Made by a program: the position numbers and the translations under genes. Below, piece by piece: positions 18,482 through 28,166 of a stretch of 64,000 nucleotides of DNA. Source of the stretch: Ostreococcus lucimarinus (taxonomy: Eukaryota); assembly GCA_000092065.1 (NCBI GenBank), contig CP000591.1; one strand, given 5' to 3'. Numbering within the stretch: the stretch's first letter is position 1; every line of letters begins with the position of its first letter. The notes under the pieces are model-generated. The model was not told the DNA's origin. It worked only from the letters and a program-made list of their open reading frames with translations, and ran no database searches.

Positions 18482-20440
18482 ATGCTCGCGCTTCCGCGCG
18501 CGAGCGTCATCGACGCGCGCGTCGCGCGGCGCGCGAACGCGCGGCGCGCGAACGCGCGGCGCAAACTTTCGGCGGCCCGCGGAGGAAACGCTGGGCCGTT
18601 ATCCGCGTCCCGCGACGCGCGCTCGACGCGCGCTCGAGGCGACGCGCGATGCGGCGACGCGCGCGCGAGCTTCTCGACGGCGTCGACGCCCGAAGCGGCG
18701 ATGCGCGGCGCGATGACGCGAGTGAGAGGCGATTTCGTCCTCGCGCGGGCGGAGAGCCGAGGCGTCCGCGGCGCGCCCGGCGGGTCGACGCACCAATCCG
18801 AGCGCTCGGCGCAAGGAAAAACGCAGAAAGAGACGAGAGTTGCCGTGAGGGTGGCCGCGCTCGTGTTTGGCGCGGTCGTGACGTCGGTGGCGTTCGCGGC
18901 TCGAGCGAGCGGAGCGTTGGCCAAGGTTGGCGCGCAGGTGGCGGCGGCGAACAAACAAGTCGGATCCATGGTGCTCACCGCGGGCGTGCTTTTGGTCATG
19001 TCGGCGTTTTTTTCGTTAGCGGAAACGTCCATCACGACGTTGTACCCTTGGAAAGTGCGAGAGTTGGCGGATCAGGAAGGTTCGACGGGCGGGGTGTTTC
19101 AGATTATGCGCAAGGACGTGACGAGATTTCTCACGACGATTTTGATAGGGACGACATTTTCTGGGATCATGGCCACCGCGCTCATTACGGAGGCTGCATT
19201 GATACTATATGGCGATGGTGCGACGACCGCGGTGACGGTGGCGCTGACGATCGTGATGCTGGTGTTTACAGAAATCGCTCCGAAGAGCGTGGCGGTGCAG
19301 CACGCCACGGTGATTGCACGCGTCATCGCGAAACCCATTTACTTGCTCTCCTTCGTCGTCTACCCGCTCGGTCGAACGTGTCAAATCGTTGTGAACGCCA
19401 TGTTTGCCCTTTTCGGTCTCAAAACTTCCGCTGAGCCGTTTGTGAGTGAAGAAGAGTTGAAACTCGTCCTCGCCGGGGCGACGAAGAGCGGCGAAGTGGA
19501 GAGCGCGGAGAAGGATATGATTCAAAATGTGTTGGATCTCGAAGAGACGGTCGTGAGAGATGTGATGACACCGCTCGTGCAAGTGCACGGCGTGCGAAGC
19601 GATGCCACATTGGCTGAATTTCGTACGGAATGGATCGAGCACAAGTACTCTCGCGTGCCGGCGTGGGAGGATCGCGTGGACAACATCGTGGGCATTGTTC
19701 GAGCGAATCAAATCATGCAGCTCGGAATAGAAAGAGATCTTCGCCCGGAGCAAAGTAAGGAACTCGAAGACGTCCTCGTCCAGGATGTCATGCTTCGTGA
19801 CACTTATTTTGTTCCCGAAAGCATGTCCGTGAGTAAACTCCTTCGCGAGCTCATGCAGCGCAAGTCTCACATGTGCGTCGTGGTGAATGAATTTGGCGGC
19901 ACTGTAGGTATCGCCACACTTGAGGATTGCGTGGAGGAGATCGTCGGTGAAATCTATGACGAAGAGGATAGTCAAAAGGCAAACGCGGATGAGGATGAGC
20001 AAGATGCGACGCCGTTCATTCGCGAGGTGGGACAGGGGGCGTATCTCGTAGACACTCGCGCGGCGCTATGGAAATTGGCGGATGAGTTGTCGCTGGACAT
20101 TCCCGAGTCGCCTCTGTACGAAACTGTGGGTGGTTTCGTGTGTGATTTATTCGGATCTATTCCCGACGTCGGGGCGTCGATCACGACAACGTTTGAGCAC
20201 GTCGAGGACGAGGACGCTAGTTCGGATGACGAGAGCGACGGCGAGACTGATGGGCTCGAATTCGACGGCATCACGCAGCGAGAAGTCGTGGTGACGGTCA
20301 CGGACGCGGATACGAGACGAGTTAATGAAATTCGTGTGCAAATAAAACGCTCTGGAAATTCTATACCCCCGGAAGATTCGGACGACGAAGAGTCGGGATG
20401 GGGCGATAGAAAACCAAAGTTCGCATCCCAGGCTGCGTAA
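18482..20440 (+). CDS. DUF21/CNNM-type transporter-like protein with CBS pair and CorC_HlyC domain
   Basis: The ORF-track start at 18356 is TTG and the first ATG is 18482. DUF21 TM region: LLVMSAFFSLAETSITTL...EIAPKSVA. A CBS pair and a C-terminal CorC/HlyC-like domain follow. The N-terminus is presequence-like. Confidence 0.85.
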   Translation: MLALPRASVIDARVARRANARRANARRKLSAARGGNAGPLSASRDARSTRARGDARCGDARASFSTASTPEAAMRGAMTRVRGDFVLARAESRGVRGAPGGSTHQSERSAQGKTQKETRVAVRVAALVFGAVVTSVAFAARASGALAKVGAQVAAANKQVGSMVLTAGVLLVMSAFFSLAETSITTLYPWKVRELADQEGSTGGVFQIMRKDVTRFLTTILIGTTFSGIMATALITEAALILYGDGATTAVTVALTIVMLVFTEIAPKSVAVQHATVIARVIAKPIYLLSFVVYPLGRTCQIVVNAMFALFGLKTSAEPFVSEEELKLVLAGATKSGEVESAEKDMIQNVLDLEETVVRDVMTPLVQVHGVRSDATLAEFRTEWIEHKYSRVPAWEDRVDNIVGIVRANQIMQLGIERDLRPEQSKELEDVLVQDVMLRDTYFVPESMSVSKLLRELMQRKSHMCVVVNEFGGTVGIATLEDCVEEIVGEIYDEEDSQKANADEDEQDATPFIREVGQGAYLVDTRAALWKLADELSLDIPESPLYETVGGFVCDLFGSIPDVGASITTTFEHVEDEDASSDDESDGETDGLEFDGITQREVVVTVTDADTRRVNEIRVQIKRSGNSIPPEDSDDEESGWGDRKPKFASQAA

Positions 20441-20475
20441 GCTCGACGAGCGTTCGCATTGTATAAGCGCTTTGT

Positions 20476-20480
20476 TGTAA
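20476..20480 (+). terminator. TGTAA candidate poly(A) signal
   Basis: Lies 36 nt after the stop at 20440, inside a 65-bp convergent spacer. Confidence 0.35.
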
Positions 20481-20505
20481 AACCAAACAGGCGGCAGTAA
20501 AATCA

Positions 20506-21597
20506 TCAATCCAAGTCGTTCAACCACGTGACGACGTCGTAAAAAAGCGCTTCCGATGTCTCACGCTCGATGAAATGATCGACTCCGTTCAACTTCCATT
20601 GCTCGACATCGACGTTGTTCTCGCATCGGTCGTACTTCGCCTTGGCGACGCGCACTTCGACGCTGTTGCCATCCGCGGGCAGGGTGTCCATGCTCTTGGC
20701 GACGACGTTCGAGCAATCCATGGCCTTACCCAGCGTGCTGAACGAATCGTCCGCCGATGGAAACGGTATGCCTCGAGCGTTCACACCTCCATCGATAGGT
20801 ACAGTGTGATCGTCGGTGCCGTGCACGAGGAGCACGTTTGTTTCGCCGCTCTTTGGACGACATCTGGACGCATCAGAAAACGTACCACCCGCGAGAGACA
20901 CGACGCCGCGGAAGAGTTCGGGCTTTTCGCACGCCAAGCGGCTCGCCATGAAACCTCCAGTAGCGATTCCAACGACGTAAATGCGCTTTTCATCGACGTT
21001 GAATTCCTTCTTCGCGGCGGCGACGACTTCTAGAATGTACTTTACGTCGAGGTCGTCCGTCGCCGAGATCTCTGGCAGCGCTACGGCGTCACTTCCATCC
21101 CACGCGCGGCACTCAAACTCTGGACTGTCTCGTGCGAGGATTCCCGTGATCCACGATCCGAACAGTCTGTCTTGCGAATTCGGTGAACTTTCCTGAAGGT
21201 TACACAGTACACACTCGCGCGTCGTGCGGGGAGCTCGCGGCGCCAAGTAAATCCAATTACGGTCGAGCGCGGCTTCTCGTAGCCCGCTTTGGACGAGCGT
21301 TTGCTGCCGGCGACGGGCGATACCCAATCGGTTACGCACGGCTGGCACGTTTCGCATGGACTCGAGCTTGAGCGTTTGCTGCGCGTCGTCGGACAAGCAA
21401 TATCCGTGAAGGAAGACCAGCAAAGGCCTTGCTTCTGAGCCATCGTACCTCGAAGACGTCAACGCACGCACGTCCACGGTGGTGCTCAGTTGAGCCTTGA
21501 AGTCGGCGTCTCCCGCACGGCAGCTCGCGCACAGAGTGAGCAGTAAAGTGAGAATGAGAAACATTTGGAGGAGCGAACGTCGAAGAATGAAGTCCAT
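20506..21597 (-). CDS. secreted alpha/beta-hydrolase, PHB-depolymerase/LpqC-type esterase-like
   Basis: The ORF-track start at 21606 is GTG and the first ATG is 21597. Signal peptide: MDFILRRSLLQMFLILTLLLTLCASC. Other motifs: LLVFLHGY, RIYVVGIATGGFMASRLACE (nucleophile-elbow region) and LLVHGTDDHTVP. Confidence 0.7.
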   Translation of the reverse strand: MDFILRRSLLQMFLILTLLLTLCASCRAGDADFKAQLSTTVDVRALTSSRYDGSEARPLLVFLHGYCLSDDAQQTLKLESMRNVPAVRNRLGIARRRQQTLVQSGLREAALDRNWIYLAPRAPRTTRECVLCNLQESSPNSQDRLFGSWITGILARDSPEFECRAWDGSDAVALPEISATDDLDVKYILEVVAAAKKEFNVDEKRIYVVGIATGGFMASRLACEKPELFRGVVSLAGGTFSDASRCRPKSGETNVLLVHGTDDHTVPIDGGVNARGIPFPSADDSFSTLGKAMDCSNVVAKSMDTLPADGNSVEVRVAKAKYDRCENNVDVEQWKLNGVDHFIERETSEALFYDVVTWLNDLD

Positions 21598-21726
21598 CAC
21601 TATCACGAGCCGTCTCTTTCGTCGTCTCGAACAACCTCGTCCTCACGAACGCACTTGTTCTTTGGTAGTATTCCAACCCGCTAAAATCCCGCTAATTATT
21701 CGTGCATGTAATGACGCTCACTAAAA

Positions 21727-22686
21727 TCAATTCGAAGACGCGCACGGCGACTCGTCGCTCTCCAACGCGTTCCCGCACTCGGCGTCGCGCAGAGTCTCGC
21801 TCACCCCGCATTGACGAAAGCAAGGCGACGCAAACGCCGGATCAGCCTCCACCGAAGGCGGTGTCGCGCCGTACGTAAACTGGCATTCAAATGTCTCGTA
21901 ATTTGGTGTCAACGTCACCGGCAAGCCAATCTCTTCCGTAAAAAACTTTTGCGTCGGATGCTTGCAAACGTTCGCGCAAACCGCGGCGCACCCGGTTTCC
22001 TCGAGAACGCGACATCGTTTCAACAAAACGCCCTGCTTATACCCCGCCCGCACTTTCGGCGCACCGATCATCGCCGCGAAAACACTCGTCGACACGTCAT
22101 CGCTCACGTCTAGCGCGACATCCTCCGGCGCGTCGTTCACCTCCGCCTCGCCGACGAGCCACGGCAACAACATCGGAGTCACCGCCGCGGCGTGCCGAGC
22201 CGCGAACCATTTCGGGAACAACCGCAGAAATCCCCCGAACGCACCCGCAAAGCCGGGCGGCGCGCAATTTCGTATGATCATCAACCCCTTCGCTCGCGTC
22301 TCGCGCGCGCCCGAGCTCTCGCGCACTAATCGCAGGCACGCGTCCCGCACGTCCGCGAAGTCGTCGCCGTCGTCGCCGCGTGCTTTTCGTCCCGGCGTCA
22401 ACTCGCGCTCCATGACCGACGCGAACGCCCTGAGAAACGCCCTGTCGACGAACGAAGTCTTGTAGTCGGGTTTCGGCGTGCTCGGACCGGCGCGTTCGCG
22501 TCGAAGGTCTCTGGGCGTCGTCTCCGGGCCTCGGTCGGTAGATGACGCAGCCGGTGACGTCCGCGACGTTCGGCGACTATTTTCGGCGCGCGCGCGCGGG
22601 CTCGCGCGCGTGCGGCGACGCGAACGCGCGCATGCGTGACCGCCCGGCGCGGACGAGGACGCGGCGCGCGAGGACGCCGCGCGCAT
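21727..22686 (-). CDS. D27: beta-carotene isomerase D27-like (DUF4033) protein
   Basis: Motifs: WLVGEAEVN...GVLLKRCRVLEETGCAAVCANVCKHPTQKFFTEEIGLPVTLTPNYETFECQFTYGATPP...PCFRQC. The N-terminus resembles a plastid transit peptide. Confidence 0.8.
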   Translation of the reverse strand: MRAASSRAASSSAPGGHACARSRRRTRASPRARAENSRRTSRTSPAASSTDRGPETTPRDLRRERAGPSTPKPDYKTSFVDRAFLRAFASVMERELTPGRKARGDDGDDFADVRDACLRLVRESSGARETRAKGLMIIRNCAPPGFAGAFGGFLRLFPKWFAARHAAAVTPMLLPWLVGEAEVNDAPEDVALDVSDDVSTSVFAAMIGAPKVRAGYKQGVLLKRCRVLEETGCAAVCANVCKHPTQKFFTEEIGLPVTLTPNYETFECQFTYGATPPSVEADPAFASPCFRQCGVSETLRDAECGNALESDESPCASSN

Positions 22687-22761
22687 GGTGACGGTCGCGC
22701 GCGGGAATGTGAGGCGCCGTCCGCCCGTCTACAACGCTAAAGAGCCTAAAGAGCTATGTGT

Positions 22762-24594
22762 CTACTTACGGTCGTACGCAGTGCGCTCGAACTTGTTGCC
22801 GAGGACGGCGTACGCTTTTTGAGCGAGTTGAAACCGCTCGGCGGCGCGCTTCTTGGCCGAGGCGTCGCCGGCGACCTTGTCGGGATGCGTCTCGAGCGCG
22901 ACGAGCCGAAACGCGGCTTTAATTTCTTCCTCCGTCGCGTGCCCGAGCTTGGCGTCGAGGCGAAGGGTCTTGTAGAAGCCGTGGATGTCGCGAGAGAAAC
23001 CGGGATGGCGTCCGCTGGGGGCGCCGTGCGCGTCGTCGCCGCGCGAACGCTTCCAGTTGGCGCCGTACTTGCGCTCCATCTCCGCCTCGCGTCTCGCGGC
23101 TTCGTCCGCGAGGTGCGCGCGCTCTTCCATCTCGTGTCGCATCTCTTGACGCTCGCGGAATCGGAATATTTGTGTCTCTAGAATGCTGTACGCCCACGCG
23201 CGACGTTTATCCGGATCCCAGCGCATCTTGTCCGTCTCTCGCCATCGTCGCCATTCGGCGTCGTCGCGTCGTCGCTGGACGCTCTCGTCCATCCACTCGC
23301 TGTTCCCTACTGATCGCATCGCACGCGCAAACGCGCGTTCCTCGTCGTGCACGCGCACGGCGTCAATTTTATCTTGACGCATCTTCGGCACCTGACGCGC
23401 GAGCACCGCCGCGCCCGCCGCCGCGACGGCGGACGCCAACGCGCCTTGGCCGAGAAAAAAATACGCGCTCTCGGGCCACACGTACGCGGCGATACTGGCG
23501 GGAATCGCGACCGCGCTGAACGCGAGGGCGCGCGCCTTGTGGTCACAAATCAAATCATCGCTCACGACGAGGCCCGTGACGCCGCACACGACGGCTTCGC
23601 GCGGCTGTTGAATAATCTTGTTTGCGTTTTCGTCGACGACGTACCCGTGCTCGAAGGACACGTACCACACCGGATGATAGACCGCGTACACGTCTCTCGA
23701 CAGCGTCGTGAACTCGACGCATATGTCTCGCGTCGACGTCGCGCCCTTGTGTTTCTTCATCAGCTCCTCCGAGGCCTCCGCGCGCGCCACATCTCGCATG
23801 CGCGCCGCGGCGAGCGACAACGCCATGCTTCGCCTCATCTCAAACGGCTCGACCACCGTCCCTTCCGGCGCCTTCGCGCGCGCGCGCGCCCAATCCATCG
23901 CGTCGAAATCGTTCGGATCAAAGCTCACGCACGCCCCGGGCAGCAAACGATCCACGAAATCCCTCCTGTGCGCGAAACTCGCGCATATTTGACTCGCCCT
24001 CGTCGTCGCGTCGAACCGCGTCGTCTTCGCCGCCGTCCCGCTTCGCACCCAACTCCCCCCCACCTCCACCGATCCCGCGCACGACGTCTCCGCCGTGACG
24101 TCGAACACCCAATACGGCGCGTACGCCGCCCGAAACGTCGGTTCGCGCGCGCCGTCCCGGCCGCGAACGCGCCGCGGCCGCGCGCCTCGACTTCGCAACC
24201 ACCGCCGCAGGGCGTCCCGCGCGTCGCGCTCGTCGCGCTCGAACGCGCGCCCTCGCGCGCCGCGCGGTCCCGACGCGCGTCCCGCGCGCGCGTCGCGCGT
24301 CGCCGCCGTCGTCGAGTCGCGCGAGTCGTCGCGCGTCGCGCGGCCGCGCCGCGCGTCGAATCCCCATCGCGTCGCCGTCGTCGCGCGTTCGCGCGCGAGC
24401 GCGCGCGTCGCGGCGGCGGCGACGCGACGCGCGCGCGCCCGCATCGCGCGCCGTCGCCTGGCGCCGTCGCCGCGCCGCGCCGGCCGTCGCGCCGCGCGCG
24501 CGTCGCGCGCGGGCGTCGCGCGCGTCGGCACCGCCAACCCTCGCGTCACTACATACCGCGAAACACACGCTAAACACGCGCGCGCGACGCGCAT
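22762..24594 (-). CDS. membrane protein with C-terminal J domain (DnaJ-like)
   Basis: The ORF-track start at 24636 is GTG and the first ATG is 24594. C-terminal J domain: FYKTLRLDAKLGHATEEEIKAAFRLVALETHPDKV...AERFQLAQKAYAVLGN. There is an internal hydrophobic pair (ALAFSAVAIPASIAAYVW, ALASAVAAAGAAVLA). Confidence 0.7.
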   Translation of the reverse strand: MRVARACLACVSRYVVTRGLAVPTRATPARDARAARRPARRGDGARRRRAMRARARRVAAAATRALARERATTATRWGFDARRGRATRDDSRDSTTAATRDARAGRASGPRGARGRAFERDERDARDALRRWLRSRGARPRRVRGRDGAREPTFRAAYAPYWVFDVTAETSCAGSVEVGGSWVRSGTAAKTTRFDATTRASQICASFAHRRDFVDRLLPGACVSFDPNDFDAMDWARARAKAPEGTVVEPFEMRRSMALSLAAARMRDVARAEASEELMKKHKGATSTRDICVEFTTLSRDVYAVYHPVWYVSFEHGYVVDENANKIIQQPREAVVCGVTGLVVSDDLICDHKARALAFSAVAIPASIAAYVWPESAYFFLGQGALASAVAAAGAAVLARQVPKMRQDKIDAVRVHDEERAFARAMRSVGNSEWMDESVQRRRDDAEWRRWRETDKMRWDPDKRRAWAYSILETQIFRFRERQEMRHEMEERAHLADEAARREAEMERKYGANWKRSRGDDAHGAPSGRHPGFSRDIHGFYKTLRLDAKLGHATEEEIKAAFRLVALETHPDKVAGDASAKKRAAERFQLAQKAYAVLGNKFERTAYDRK

Positions 24595-24671
24595 AAATCC
24601 AGTCCGACCGCGGTGATTCGTGACGCTCGACAACACCCTCGCGATTCCGCGACGCGACGCGGTTCGCCGAG

Positions 24672-26312
24672 ATGGCGCGACGACGCGGACCGCGACGCCG
24701 CGGGGACGGCGACGACGACGAGTCGACCCCGCTCGTCGCTCGCGGGCGCGGGTCGACGACGCCGGCGACGGTGACGCGGGTGACGCTTTTAGTGTTGGTC
24801 GCGATGGGCGTCGTCGGCGCGTCGACCGCGCCGCGTCGACGATTCTCGGCGCGAGTCGGCGTTTTCAAGAAGGGATTGAAAACGGTGACGAGCGCGGCGA
24901 GCGGGGTGGCGAGCGCGTGGTCGAAGACGGGCGACGCCGCGTGGACCAGGGCGGAAAATCTCTCTAAAAACGCGCGTAAAAAGGTTGGCGCCGAGTTGAC
25001 GGCGGCCATGCAATCCGGGCACCAAGAGATTTTTAAGCAATACGACGAGGCGTCGGGGTGGTCCCAGCAAGCGGCGAATCAAGTTGCGGGAGAGGCGACA
25101 GAACTCGGGGACGACGTCGAGAAGACGGCGAAGATGATTGCCGAGTTCCTCGACGGTTATAAATGCGACATCGGCGTCAAAGACTTGAAGAAGACCGTTG
25201 ACGATATTAAAAACGCGGTCGGCTCAAACTCTTTGAAATCCATGTACGACAAGGTGACGGGATCTCCGAATAGGTATTTCAAGAACATGGACGACTTGGC
25301 TTGCCAGATGATGTGGGATACGTCTGGATTCGCGCAAGCTGCATCCGTGATGGAGGCTTTCATCGAGTTGGCCAAGGATAAGTGTCCGCTCGTCGTCAAG
25401 GGTTCGAGTAAGCCCGCTTTCACCTATGGTTTCTCCGTCTCGGGTGACATTGTCGGCGTCGTACTCAGCGCCGGTCGCTCTGGCGAAGTCGGTCTCGGCA
25501 TCGACTTGTCTGGCCAAAAGTTTTGCTACGCTGGCCATTGCGTCTACTCGGGCTTCACCTTGGATGTACCTCAAGTGGGTGTGGACTTCAACGTCGTTGT
25601 CTCCGGTTGGAAGTCGATGTCAGACGTGTCTGGTCGGTCGAACATGATGGCTTTCGGCTTGAGTGGCGAGTTACCAGACTCCGCCATCCCAGATTTTGAC
25701 GTTGATCTCACGCTCGTCACCGGCGGCGCCAAGATGAGCAACATATTGGGCGTCTCCAAGGCGTTAGGCGTCGGTCAAGACGCGTCTGAGCTGCCGGTGA
25801 CGGGCAGCTTCGCCAAGGGTACGTGTATAACTCCTTGGTGCGTCACGTATGAAGGAGGTTCGTGCGCCGGTGATCCGGGAGAAGGGCGCGATTTCAAGTG
25901 CTATATCTCCAGACATTCGTCGTTCCGGCTTCCTGCTCCCTTTGCGGGTCAAACCGTTCAAGACCGATGGGATTACTACAATCGCAAATCGGAATCGGGC
26001 AAAAAGATGCGCAAAGAAATCGAATCGAATAATGACAAGTATCCGATTTACGAAGGGTGCGAGTTCGGCGACGCCGAGATGGAGTGTTACTACGACAAGT
26101 TCTACGCCAAGGCTCATCCAAAGGATTACGACGACATCGAGAAAAAAGTGAACAAAGAATCTTGCAACGGCTTCTCCTCTGACTCTGAATGCTCCAAGAA
26201 TCGCCGCGAGAGGATCATCGAGAAGAAGGTGAGCCGCGCCAAGGCTGATTTCTTCAAAGATAAGGGTGGCTGGAAAAACGAACCGACTTCTTACGCGAAG
26301 TGCGGCATTTAA
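24672..26312 (+). CDS. hypothetical N-terminally anchored, Cys-rich protein (no family recognised)
   Basis: ATG ORF of 546 aa. It has a basic N-terminus plus TM (VTLLVLVAMGVVGA), a helical segment, a beta-rich Gly/Ser/Val middle (GFSVSGDIVGVVLSAGRSGEVGLGIDLSG...) and a Cys-rich, Lys/Asp-rich C-terminus. Confidence 0.5.
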   Translation: MARRRGPRRRGDGDDDESTPLVARGRGSTTPATVTRVTLLVLVAMGVVGASTAPRRRFSARVGVFKKGLKTVTSAASGVASAWSKTGDAAWTRAENLSKNARKKVGAELTAAMQSGHQEIFKQYDEASGWSQQAANQVAGEATELGDDVEKTAKMIAEFLDGYKCDIGVKDLKKTVDDIKNAVGSNSLKSMYDKVTGSPNRYFKNMDDLACQMMWDTSGFAQAASVMEAFIELAKDKCPLVVKGSSKPAFTYGFSVSGDIVGVVLSAGRSGEVGLGIDLSGQKFCYAGHCVYSGFTLDVPQVGVDFNVVVSGWKSMSDVSGRSNMMAFGLSGELPDSAIPDFDVDLTLVTGGAKMSNILGVSKALGVGQDASELPVTGSFAKGTCITPWCVTYEGGSCAGDPGEGRDFKCYISRHSSFRLPAPFAGQTVQDRWDYYNRKSESGKKMRKEIESNNDKYPIYEGCEFGDAEMECYYDKFYAKAHPKDYDDIEKKVNKESCNGFSSDSECSKNRRERIIEKKVSRAKADFFKDKGGWKNEPTSYAKCGI

Positions 26313-26363
26313 GACGCGCGTTCCACCGCGGGCGCGCGCGCCGCACGATTTTGCCGACGACGC

Positions 26364-26368
26364 TGTAA
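26364..26368 (+). terminator. TGTAA candidate poly(A) signal
   Basis: Lies 52 nt after the stop at 26312. Confidence 0.35.
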
Positions 26369-26854
26369 ATAATATTGAAATCATCGCTCGCGTCCGCGCC
26401 CCCGTCGTCGTCGTCGTCGCCTTTCCCCGCGTCCGTCCGCGTCCATCCTTCGTCGCGGCGCGCCTGCATTCACAATAAATTCGTCATGATGCCGTTACGC
26501 ACAGTCAGAATACGCCATTTGACGCGTATAACGCGCATGTCCGCACATGGCGCAAACGCCGAGGCGATTAGGGCACGCGCGATCGACGCGAATTATGCGC
26601 ACCGCACATTCCCGCGCCGCGCGCGACGAACGCGCGGATTCGCGCGACGACGCCGTCGACGCGCGCGTTCGTGGGAGACGCCTCGCGGCCGGGCACCGTT
26701 CGAAACGATCGCGAACGCGCGACGCGAAAAACGGACGTCGATCGCGTTCGCGACGGCGGAATCATAAGAGTCGTTTGTTTGAATTTCGGATTCGAATCCG
26801 AGCGACGCGAGCGCGCGCTCTCGGCGAGCGGGAGCGGCGGGCGAGCGAGAGCGA

Positions 26855-28023
26855 ATGGCGAGGAGTGCGTGGACGCGGCGAGGCGATGCGAGGCGCGCGA
26901 GAGCGAGGACGAGGGCGCGGGGGGGGAAGGACGGGGCGCGCGCGACGACGCGCGTCGCGCGCGACGCGCGCGAAGAAAGACGACGACGACGCGACGACGA
27001 CGACGCGACGACGACGACGATCGCGGGACTGACGAGGGCGTTGATGTGCGCGCGCGCGCAGGCGTCGGGAGCGGCGCGATGCCGGCTTCGGCGGAAGATT
27101 CCATCGGGTGGTACCTGAGCTTGTACTGGCCGGCGATGAATAAGGAGTTCAAGGGCGTGGTGCAAAAGTACGATCACGATTCCAAGCATCACACGGTGAA
27201 GTGGGATAACGCGCCGAAAGGGAGCGATGGCGTGACCGAGGTTGATTTGACCGAGGGCGAGTTGACGTGGTTGAAGGCGCCGGAGAAGCCCGTGAAGAAG
27301 GCCGCGAAGGGCAAGCCGGCGGCGGCGAAAGCGAAACCCAAAGCGTACAAGGAGTACGATGCCTTGGAGACCATGGATGATTTGGAAGCGCGATTCACGG
27401 GCAAAACGACCAAGGCGGTGGCGTTTCAAGTGTTGAAGAACAGCGGCGTAAACGGGATGACGCTTCAAGAAATAGTCGACGAGTCGCAAAAGCTTGGGCT
27501 TCGGGACTGGACGCAGTGCAAACAGCCAAAGACGACCATCAACGTGTGCGTGAGTCAAGATTCGGCGTTTGTGAAGATTTCTCCCGGACGCGTGGGTTTG
27601 CGCATCAACGGCGCGCAAACGAGAGACGCTTCGCAAGAACCCAAGCACGTGAAGGCGTCGGGCGCTTCGAAAAAGCGTGGGCGTCCGCCGAAGACGGGCG
27701 AGGCCAAGCCGAAAAAAGTGCAACGTCAAGAACCGCAACACTGGGAGCGCAAGCCTCCGATTGATTTGTCGATTGAGGTGTACACGAGCAACAACACGCA
27801 CGTGACCAACGCGCCAATCTCAGTTGCGTACAACGTTACCATTAAGGCTTTGAAAAAGGCCATCTCGAATAACACCAAGGGCATGCTCAAGCCGCACTAT
27901 CAGCAACTTTACCACGATAACCGAAACATCGGTATGGATGAGGATGCGTTTTTGGTGCACGCGGTTCGCCCGCACAAATTTGAGCGCACGCTCGATTTGA
28001 AGCTCGTCATCAGCGATCAGTAG
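26855..28023 (+). CDS. chromatin-type protein: Tudor/Agenet-like + HARE-HTH winged helix + C-terminal ubiquitin-like region (exon 1 26855..26864, exon 2 27062..28023; alternative start ATG 27079)
   Basis: Domains: WYLSLYWPAMNKEFKGVVQKYDHDSKHHTVKWDN (Tudor-like) and AVAFQVLKNSGVNGMTLQEIVDESQKLGL...FVKISPGRVGLR (HARE-HTH-like). The 10-nt first exon (ATGGCGAGGA) joins in frame after the predicted intron. Confidence 0.55.
26865..27061 (+). other. predicted 5'-proximal intron (197 nt, phase 1)
   Basis: Donor GTGCGTGGAC, branch-like GGACTGACGAG 29 nt upstream of the acceptor GCGCAG. The signal set matches the 8902 and 57974 introns, and splicing keeps ATG 26855 in frame with the main ORF. Confidence 0.45.
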
Positions 28024-28115
28024 ACACTACAACAGTGACAGCGGTAACAGGCACATCATAGCCCGCGCGACAACACCAGGCGGAAATCTAATCATCGATC
28101 ATGTGTCGCGCGCGT

Positions 28116-28120
28116 TGTAA
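28116..28120 (+). terminator. TGTAA candidate poly(A) signal
   Basis: Lies 93 nt after the stop at 28023, in a 143-bp convergent spacer. Confidence 0.3.
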
Positions 28121-28166
28121 ATCGAATATTCCATAAACGACTTCGTCTCGAGTTGAATTACAACGT

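Noticed and set aside
26786-26801. tRNA-like T-arm string GGATTCGAATCC.
   Set aside because: It is a perfect 16-bp palindrome (TCGGATTCGAATCCGA) whose stem and loop geometry (6-nt loop) does not fit a T-arm. No acceptor, D or anticodon arms can be built from the flanks.
27546-27555. Strong donor-like GTGCGTGAGT inside the Tudor/HARE-HTH gene.
   Set aside because: The reading frame and the HARE-HTH homology (TTINVCVSQDSAFVKISPGRVGLR) continue uninterrupted through it, and no ACTGAC...CAG acceptor set follows.
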